Positions 25,895 to 32,000 of a DNA stretch of 32,000 nt are shown here, one piece after another. A program made the translations under genes and the position numbers. Every line of letters begins with the position of its first letter. Within the stretch, counting starts at the first letter, position 1. The notes under the pieces are model-generated. The model was not told the origin of the DNA and ran no database searches. It saw nothing but the letters and a program-made list of their open reading frames with translations. The DNA is from Vibrio alginolyticus NBRC 15630 = ATCC 17749. Its GTDB lineage: Bacteria > Pseudomonadota > Gammaproteobacteria > Enterobacterales > Vibrionaceae. The DNA is taken from the NCBI RefSeq assembly GCF_000354175.2, contig NC_022359.1, positions 1,290,001 through 1,322,000 of the forward strand, read 5' to 3'.

Positions 25895-26911
25895 ATGAAA
25901 GTACTCGTTACGGGTGGTATGGGTTATATCGGTAGTCATACGTGTATTCAAATGATCGAAGCTGGCATGACGCCAGTAATTCTAGACAACCTGTACAACA
26001 GTAAATCTACGGTATTAGATCGAATTGAAAAGGTATGTGGTGTAAAGCCAACCTTCATTCAAGCCGATATCAGAGATAAATTTGCGATGGTAGAAGCACT
26101 AAAGTCGCACAATATTGAAGCTGTTATCCATTTCGCAGGTTTAAAGGCCGTCGGTGAGTCTGTAGCAAAACCTCTAGAGTATTACGACAACAACGTTAAT
26201 GGCACGTTAGTATTGGTTGATGCAATGCGTGAAGCCGGAGTTAAATCGTTGGTATTTAGTTCATCAGCGACTGTATATGGTGATCCTGCATCTGTACCCA
26301 TCACAGAGGACTTTCCAACTAGCGCAACTAACCCATATGGGCGCAGCAAATTAATGGTAGAAGAGTGTTTAACCGACTTCCAAAATGCGAACCCTGACTG
26401 GAGCATTACACTTCTTCGTTACTTTAACCCGGTAGGTTCACATCCAACAGGCGAGCTAGGTGAAGATCCTCAAGGTATTCCAAACAACTTAATGCCGTTT
26501 GTTTCTCAAGTTGCGGTAGGGCGCAGAGAGTTCCTTTCTGTGTTTGGTAGTGATTATCCGACCAAAGATGGCACAGGCGTACGTGATTATATTCATGTAA
26601 TGGACTTATCCGATGGTCACGTTGCTGCATTAGAAAAAGTAGGTAGCAAAGCTGGCCTTCATATCTATAACCTCGGTACTGGTAACGGCTACAGTGTACT
26701 GGACATGGTGAAAGCATTTGAAGCCGCAAGTGGTAAAGATGTCCCATACCAACTTGTTGAGCGTCGTCCAGGTGATATTGCAGAGTGTTGGGCGGATCCA
26801 TCAAAAGCGATGAATGAGTTAGGTTGGAAAGCAACTCGCACTCTAGAAGAAATGACTGGCGATACATGGCGCTGGCAGTCTACTAACCCTCAAGGTTATC
26901 CAGATGCCTAA
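25895..26911 (+). CDS. galE: UDP-glucose 4-epimerase
   Basis: MKVLVTGGMGYIGSHTC (NAD fold), SSSATVYG, catalytic YGRSK (YxxxK). 338 aa with high overall resemblance to E. coli GalE. AAGGAA RBS. Confidence 0.95.
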   Translation: MKVLVTGGMGYIGSHTCIQMIEAGMTPVILDNLYNSKSTVLDRIEKVCGVKPTFIQADIRDKFAMVEALKSHNIEAVIHFAGLKAVGESVAKPLEYYDNNVNGTLVLVDAMREAGVKSLVFSSSATVYGDPASVPITEDFPTSATNPYGRSKLMVEECLTDFQNANPDWSITLLRYFNPVGSHPTGELGEDPQGIPNNLMPFVSQVAVGRREFLSVFGSDYPTKDGTGVRDYIHVMDLSDGHVAALEKVGSKAGLHIYNLGTGNGYSVLDMVKAFEAASGKDVPYQLVERRPGDIAECWADPSKAMNELGWKATRTLEEMTGDTWRWQSTNPQGYPDA

Positions 26912-26933
26912 TCTTTAATTTACATAATAGTAA

Positions 26934-26961
26934 CAAAAAGGCGCGTGATTGCGTCTTTTTT
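26934..26961 (+). terminator. Rho-independent terminator of galE
   Basis: AAAAAGGCGC - GUGAUU - GCGUCUUUUUU (one G-U pair) ending in six T residues, 23 nt after the stop. Confidence 0.65.
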
Positions 26962-27083
26962 GATCCAAATCGGAAAAAATCGTAAATTACTGGTTAAAAG
27001 GTAGCAAGTATATATAGAGCTGTTAAACTATGCCCGACTCTTAATTTGGGTTATAAATTTTCTCATAGCTATTGGGGTAGTTC

Positions 27084-27158
27084 ATGGAACTCGGTCTGAT
27101 CATCACTTTCATCATTGCAGCAGCAGTAATGGTGAAAAAAGAGATGGCAAAACAGTAA
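27084..27158 (+). CDS. Candidate 24-codon hydrophobic small protein (MELGLIITFIIAAAVMVKKEMAKQ)
   Basis: Too short for the ORF track; found by reading the spacer. ATG is preceded by GGGGT (6 nt spacing). It has one predicted TM helix followed by a Lys-rich tail. A plausible sigma-70 promoter (TTACTG-N18-TATATA, 26987..27016) lies upstream and two hairpins lie downstream. No homology evidence is available. Confidence 0.35.
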   Translation: MELGLIITFIIAAAVMVKKEMAKQ

Positions 27159-27205
27159 ACTTTCATTTTTCATACTTTTCTTTACATTTTTGAAATGAAA
27201 GCCAT

Positions 27206-27240
27206 AAAAAAAGCCAGCATTACGCTGGCTTTTGTGTTTT
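27206..27240. terminator. Bidirectional rho-independent terminator (heme receptor on minus; small-ORF unit on plus)
   Basis: AAAAAAAGCCAGC - AUUAC - GCTGGCTTTTGTGTTTTT. On the minus strand the stem is followed by seven T residues, immediately after the receptor stop at 27247. Confidence 0.8.
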
Positions 27241-27246
27241 TAAGGT

Positions 27247-29393
27247 TTAGAACTCGTATTTAACACTAATGTTATAATTACGCTCAGCTTGCGTTTTGTC
27301 TCGACTTAACTCAGTCTTACCGCGAACATCGTTCCAAAGATGGTATTCTTCATTCGTTAGATTCATAACACCAGCACGAATGGTTATATCTTTCATTGGT
27401 TTGTAGTACGCCGTTAAGTCAACGACTGTCGCAGACGGCAAAGCAACTTGGTCTTTGATTCCGCCTTTATCACCATCAGAGTTGATATCACTGTTCGATT
27501 TCTTAGCCGTGTAGTTTACTTTTAGGCTTGTCCCCCAAAGTGCATTTGGTGAATCGTAATTTACAGCAGCCACGGCATTCCATGGGTTTACACTGTTCAA
27601 AGGATTACCATCACCATCTTCACCTTCTGTGTATGCTGCAACAAAGCGAGTTGTCACGCCTGATGGAAGACCAGCAATAGCATGCCAATCAAGACGGTTA
27701 GAGAGCTCAACCCCTTTAATGTTTGCTTCACTAATATTGATATTTGTGAATTCAGTTAAACCACCATTGTTTGATGACGTTTGCTCAATAAAGTCACTGT
27801 AATCACTGTAGTAGAACGCTACTTCAGTTGCCGACGCTGCAGTGTTATGACGGTAACCAAGCTCATAAGACAAACTCTTTTCAGATCCCAAATTTGGGTT
27901 AGGGCGGTTGGTATAGCCATGAGCCGGATTATCGTAGGTGTAGTAAAGCTCGTCGAACGATGGCGCTCGGAACCCTTGGCTCACTTGCGCGAAGATCGTG
28001 CCAGGTTGCGATATAGAGTAAGTTGCTCCTAAACGACCAGTTAATGCAGAGTCGCTAAACTTCTCGAATGACTCTTCAGAAGTATTTGAAGGATTAGTAG
28101 AGAAGTAATCGTAACGCACACCTGGAGTCAGAATTAGCTTGTCATTAAGAAGCGAAATTTCATCTTGCAAGAATAAACCAAAGCTTTCTTCTTTTGCATC
28201 CGGTGTGTAAACGTAAACAGTATCTGGCGTGCCAGGATCGGAATTAAACTCGCGATTGGTATTACTGATCTCACTATGTTTGTACGATATTCCGTAAACA
28301 ATATAGTGATTTTGAATCTCTTTATCTAACTGAGTTTCGAATTCAAATTTGTCTTCAGTATATTCGTAATCTTTTTCTGTTGGTTGTCACCACTAGGCGG
28401 TACGTAAGGTGGGTAACCAGGGCTGGCTTCGATAAAGCGATTAGAGACGCCGTTTTCTTCTTTACCAATCCATGTAAGCTTGGACGTGATCGTATCCGAG
28501 ATAGCTGCATCTGCAAACCAAATGTGCTTGAGCCCAATGCGATTTTGCTTGGTTGTGTCTTCAGCGTTGAAGTTTTTGTAACTTTTATGTGCGATCTCTG
28601 AGTCAGTCTCGTTGTAAATAACTTCTCCCAAGAACTCCAAGCGATGAGCGTCATTCAATTGAGATTGAAGTTTTACCAATAGATCGTTTTTGTAATAATC
28701 TTGGTTGTCCACAGAATAGTTATCGTAAGGCGCCTTAGAGAAATTTTGTAGCTCTGTACCATCACGGCGTGTAAAGGCTATAAGTGTTTCTGTATTACCG
28801 AAACGCTTTGCTAAAGCTACATGCTCACTAAAAGAGTTATCTTCCGATGAATAAGAGAGTTTAGCTTGACCGCCAAAGTCTTTACCATCTTTGAGGAAAT
28901 CCTTCGGATCTTTTGTTTCGAATGCGACAACACCGCCAATTGCATCACTACCATGTAGGCTAGAAGCTGCTCCTTTAACAATTTCGACACTCTTTAGCAT
29001 ATCGGGGTCGACAGTAACAGCACTAGAATTGATAAACGAATATGGTCCACCGCTGAATACACCTGGTTGAGATGCACCGTCTACTAAGATTTTAACTCGT
29101 TTACCTTCCATCCCGCGAATGTTAATACTTTGGACGCCTTGGCGTTGAGTGCCATTAACAGTAACACCTGGCGTATACTCGAATAGATCATTCAAGTCCT
29201 TTACCATGTTTTCTTCGATGTCTTTCTCTGATACAACAGCAACAGAAGCAGCAACAGTGTTTATGGTTTGGTTGGTACGGGTGGCCGACACAACGACTTC
29301 TTCAAACTTAGAAGCTTCTTCCGCATAAGCAGTATGGGAAAGGGCAACTAAAATGGAGGCTGACAAAATTGATTTTTTATACATTGGCTTCAA
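27247..29393 (-). pseudogene. hupA: TonB-dependent heme/hemoglobin outer-membrane receptor (HupA/HutA-type), split by a single-base frameshift
   Basis: The N-terminal ORF 28326..29393 has a signal peptide (…SHTAYA/EE), a TonB-box-like EEVVVSATR and a plug domain. The C-terminal reading frame is open from 28386 down to 27247. It contains the heme-receptor signature FRAPSFDELYYTYDNPAHGYTNRPNPNL (FRAP box - His - NPNL box) and ends in ...KYEF. The two frames overlap only at 28329..28386. One extra A in the AAAAA run (plus-strand T run 28372..28376) would give a continuous 715-aa protein. Confidence 0.8.
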
Positions 29394-29444
29394 TACCTTA
29401 GATCCATAATAGGTAACAACACGCGGATATTAATGGATCTAAAT

Positions 29445-29463
29445 GGTAATTACTATCATTACC
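29445..29463 (-). promoter_or_regulatory. Fur box upstream of the heme receptor gene
   Basis: The minus strand GGTAATGATAGTAATTACC matches the 19-bp Fur consensus GATAATGATAATCATTATC at 15/19 positions. It is embedded in the dyad AATGGTAAT-N7-ATTACCATT (29442..29466), 52-70 nt upstream of the receptor ATG. Confidence 0.6.
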
Positions 29464-29615
29464 ATTGTCATTTATTGGTTTGTATTGAATCTTATTCTTA
29501 GGCTATGAGCATTCCTAGTCTTTAGTTATCAATATGTTATATTATTTGTCGTTAGTTCTTGATAAGTTCATCCAAATACAACGAATGTGATGAATATCAC
29601 ATTAAGGGAGGCCAT

Positions 29616-30503
29616 GTGCAGAGTCCAATTACGTTAGAAGCACTCCATATTCTAGATGCTATTGATCGAAGAGGGAGTTTTGCTGCTGCTGCGAATGAGT
29701 TAGACAGAGCCCCGTCATCGCTGAGCTATCAAATCCAGAAACTCGAGCAAGACTTAGACATTATTATCTTCGATCGCTCTGGTCACAAAGCCCATTTTAC
29801 TGAAGCAGGTAAGCTTATTCTTGAAAGAGGAAGAGCCATTTTACAAGCCAGTGAAAAGTTAGTGAACGATGCAACGTTATTGGCGAATGGTTGGGAACTG
29901 GATATTACCATTGCCTTTGATGGCATTATTCCTATATCCAATTTTTTCCCGATGGTTGATGCGCTGGCCGAGGTCAGCTCAACTCGAGTCAGGCTGCAAG
30001 AGGAGATTCTGGCTGGTAGCTGGGAGTCGTTGAATACGGGGAGAGCTGATTTACTGATTTGCCCATCACTGGATACGCTTCCTCAAGAAGTTAAGTCAGA
30101 AAAAATTGGTAAAATGAGTATGTATTGGGTAGCTTCCGCTGATCACTATGTTCACAAGCGTAGTGGTAAGTTTGATGAAGCAGCGCGAGAAAAGTATCGG
30201 ATTATTGCTATTGCAGATACCGCACGTGAGCAACCCGCGCTCTCAATTAATATCATTCAAAAACAGCCTCGCTTGACCGTCACCAACTTTACGGCAAAAG
30301 TAGAAGCGCTAACTGCAGGTTTAGGCATTGGTACATTACCAAGCCAAATTGCACAACCTCTTATTGATAGTGGTGTATTGAAACGAATCGAAGGCACTGA
30401 AGAACAGCCGATGGATATTATTTTGGCATGGCGCCGGAACACTATGGGTGAGGCAAAATCCTGGTGTATTCAGTACTTAAAAAAGAATTGGAAACTAAAG
30501 TAA
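29616..30503 (+). CDS. LysR-family transcriptional regulator (YhaJ-like; positional equivalent of V. vulnificus HupR)
   Basis: TLEALHILDAIDRRGSFAAAANELDRAPSSLSYQIQKLEQDL...DRSGH...ILERGR...IAIADTAREQP...KQPRLTV...ILAWRRNTMGEAKSWC parallels E. coli YhaJ block by block. I place the start at GTG 29616 (AAGGGAGG 4 nt upstream, giving 295 aa) rather than the track TTG 29559. It is divergent from the heme receptor. Confidence 0.85.
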   Translation: MQSPITLEALHILDAIDRRGSFAAAANELDRAPSSLSYQIQKLEQDLDIIIFDRSGHKAHFTEAGKLILERGRAILQASEKLVNDATLLANGWELDITIAFDGIIPISNFFPMVDALAEVSSTRVRLQEEILAGSWESLNTGRADLLICPSLDTLPQEVKSEKIGKMSMYWVASADHYVHKRSGKFDEAAREKYRIIAIADTAREQPALSINIIQKQPRLTVTNFTAKVEALTAGLGIGTLPSQIAQPLIDSGVLKRIEGTEEQPMDIILAWRRNTMGEAKSWCIQYLKKNWKLK

Positions 30504-30510
30504 CAACGTA

Positions 30511-30560
30511 ACTTTTACTTCTTAGATTCCCATTGATTATCGAATGTAAGAAGTAAAAGT
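30511..30560. terminator. Long AT-rich perfect inverted repeat between convergent LysR and patZ genes (probable bidirectional terminator or RNA stability element)
   Basis: ACTTTTACTTCTTA (30511..30524) and TAAGAAGTAAAAGT (30547..30560) form a 14-bp perfect stem. The 22-nt loop contains a further ATTC/GAAT pairing. There is no separate U-tract beyond the U-rich stem itself. Confidence 0.45.
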
Positions 30561-30580
30561 CATCGCTAATGCTGCGCTTT

Positions 30581-32000
30581 TCAATTTAAAGGGAGCACCA
30601 TATCTGCCGTACCGTCTGCAAACTGGACATCGATCTCAAACCCCAAGTTCTGAGCCAACATCAACATTCCTCTGTTTGTTGGCATGGTCATTCCAGACAT
30701 TTGCTTTGTGCCTTTAATTTTGCAATAGCTGATTATTTTCTGCATCAGCACTTTGCCTAAACCTTTTCCTTTCAAATCTGAACGAACCAAAATAGCAAAC
30801 TCAGCGTCACTATTGTCTGGTGTAATCAATGCGCGGGCTACCCCTATGATAGACGGTCCGTCAGTATTAAACGCTACCGCAACAAACGCCATTTCGCGGT
30901 CGTAGTCGATTTGAGTAAAGTTTGCCAAAGCCTCATGGTTGAACTCTCCAACTTCAGAAAAGAAACGTTTATAGAGATCTTCTTTCGATACGCTATTAAT
31001 GAATTGAGCATGCAGCGGTTCATCCTCAGGCAAGATAGGGCGAAGCAGGATAGGTTGGCCATCTCGAAGCGTTACAGTTTCGACAAACTCTGCCGGGAAA
31101 GGGCGAATCGCTAGCCGTTTTTGGGCGTCTCCTTCGTATTTACACAGTGTGACATCTGCATCAAGGATAGTTAAATCGCTTCCGGATACCAGCACTGGAT
31201 GGATATCCAGCCTTTGTATTTCTGGTAACTCAACTGCCATTTGGGAGATACGAACCAAGAACTTCGACAACTCAGTAATATCGAGCGCATCTTTGTGTTT
31301 CTGCAGGCGAATCTTTCCAGACTTTAGGGCAACAACGACAAGGTAGCGCGCAAGCGTCATGTTCAAAGGAGGAAGTGCAGCGACGGCATCTTGGGCGATA
31401 TTCCACTCAGAGCCGCCTTGACCAAGCAAGATCACTGGTCCAAAGACTTTATCTACTGCAATACTAATCCGTAGCTCTTCAGCGCTGCCGAGCTTTGCCA
31501 TCCCTTGTACCAACAGCCCATGTACATTGGCGGAAGGGTAGCTGAGCTTTACGGTATCTAAAATGGATAGCGCTGCGTTGGAAACTTCTCGACTGTTTCT
31601 TAAATTTAGAGCGACACCGTGAACATCCGATTTATGAGGAATGTCTGGAGAACGCAATTTAACCGCAACAGGATATCCAATATTTTCTGCCATATGAACG
31701 GCTTCAATGTCGTCAGATGCAATCCACGTAGGCAAAACGTTAAACCCGAACAGCTTAAATAATGGGCTGGTTTGATGCGTATCCAAGGTGACTGTGTTTT
31801 TATCCAGTAGTCGTTCGTTTACCCATTCTTTTGCTGAACTCACACTTCCAGAATGTAATGGCTCTGCCGTCGTTGGCGTTTCCATTAGTTGTTTCTGGTT
31901 TCGTCTGTATTCGACCAAGTGCATGTATGCTACAACCGCACTTTCAGGTGTTCTATAGGTTGGAATGCCTGCTTGAGTAAAGGCCAGTCGCGCTTCTCTC
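30581..32000 (-). CDS. patZ: Protein lysine acetyltransferase PatZ/Pka (YfiQ): acyl-CoA-synthetase(NDP-forming)-like domain plus C-terminal GNAT; N-terminus lies beyond the right window edge
   Basis: The reading frame is open from 32000 (…REARLAFTQAGIPTYRTPESAVVAYMHLVEYRRNQKQLMETP...), matching the E. coli YfiQ segment AGIPTYRTPE..A..MH.VEYRRNQKQL. The C-terminal GNAT block is AEFAILVRSDLKGKGLGKVLMQKII. The track's Met at 31924 is internal. Confidence 0.85.
   Translation of the reverse strand, partial: REARLAFTQAGIPTYRTPESAVVAYMHLVEYRRNQKQLMETPTTAEPLHSGSVSSAKEWVNERLLDKNTVTLDTHQTSPLFKLFGFNVLPTWIASDDIEAVHMAENIGYPVAVKLRSPDIPHKSDVHGVALNLRNSREVSNAALSILDTVKLSYPSANVHGLLVQGMAKLGSAEELRISIAVDKVFGPVILLGQGGSEWNIAQDAVAALPPLNMTLARYLVVVALKSGKIRLQKHKDALDITELSKFLVRISQMAVELPEIQRLDIHPVLVSGSDLTILDADVTLCKYEGDAQKRLAIRPFPAEFVETVTLRDGQPILLRPILPEDEPLHAQFINSVSKEDLYKRFFSEVGEFNHEALANFTQIDYDREMAFVAVAFNTDGPSIIGVARALITPDNSDAEFAILVRSDLKGKGLGKVLMQKIISYCKIKGTKQMSGMTMPTNRGMLMLAQNLGFEIDVQFADGTADMVLPLN

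Noticed and set aside
1-32000. Window-wide scan for CRISPR repeats, tandem repeats, IS or integron features, tRNA/rRNA, toxin-antitoxin pairs and known defence-system gene signatures
   Set aside because: I found none by eye. Intergenic regions are short (at most 352 nt) and are explained by promoters and terminators. Every long ORF has a housekeeping-type assignment or is a single conserved unknown. I therefore do not claim a mobile or defence island.

Overview
This window reads as conserved chromosomal backbone of a Vibrio-type gammaproteobacterium. That assignment is an inference from gene content and neighbourhoods: a FabV-type enoyl reductase, fadL followed by a VolA-like lipoprotein, a Fur-boxed heme receptor divergent from a LysR regulator (as in V. 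vulnificus hupA/hupR), tesA/ybbA/ybbP, pxpABC, galE and several c-di-GMP enzymes. I can support 27 protein-coding loci plus one candidate 24-codon ORF. Two loci are cut by the window edges, one is clearly frameshifted and one is probably frameshifted. I also support several stem-loop terminators, a FadR operator, a Fur box and a DnaA-box cluster. I see no rRNA, tRNA, CRISPR array, transposase, integrase, prophage, recognisable defence genes or long repeats. I cannot identify a convincing undescribed multi-gene system here. The observations most worth a second look are: (1) single-base frameshifts at short A/T runs in the heme receptor and apparently in tesA; (2) a tight head-to-head DnaA-box cluster downstream of ybbP; (3) a self-contained promoter / 24-codon hydrophobic ORF / double-hairpin unit between galE and the heme receptor; (4) tesA and ybbA start codons sharing one CATG; (5) several conserved genes of unknown function (orphan M50 protease, DnaJ-related protein, ABC-class ATPase, Zn-ribbon ORF overlapping an SgrR-like regulator). 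All product calls rest on motifs visible in the translations and on my recollection of characterised homologues. No database search was possible.
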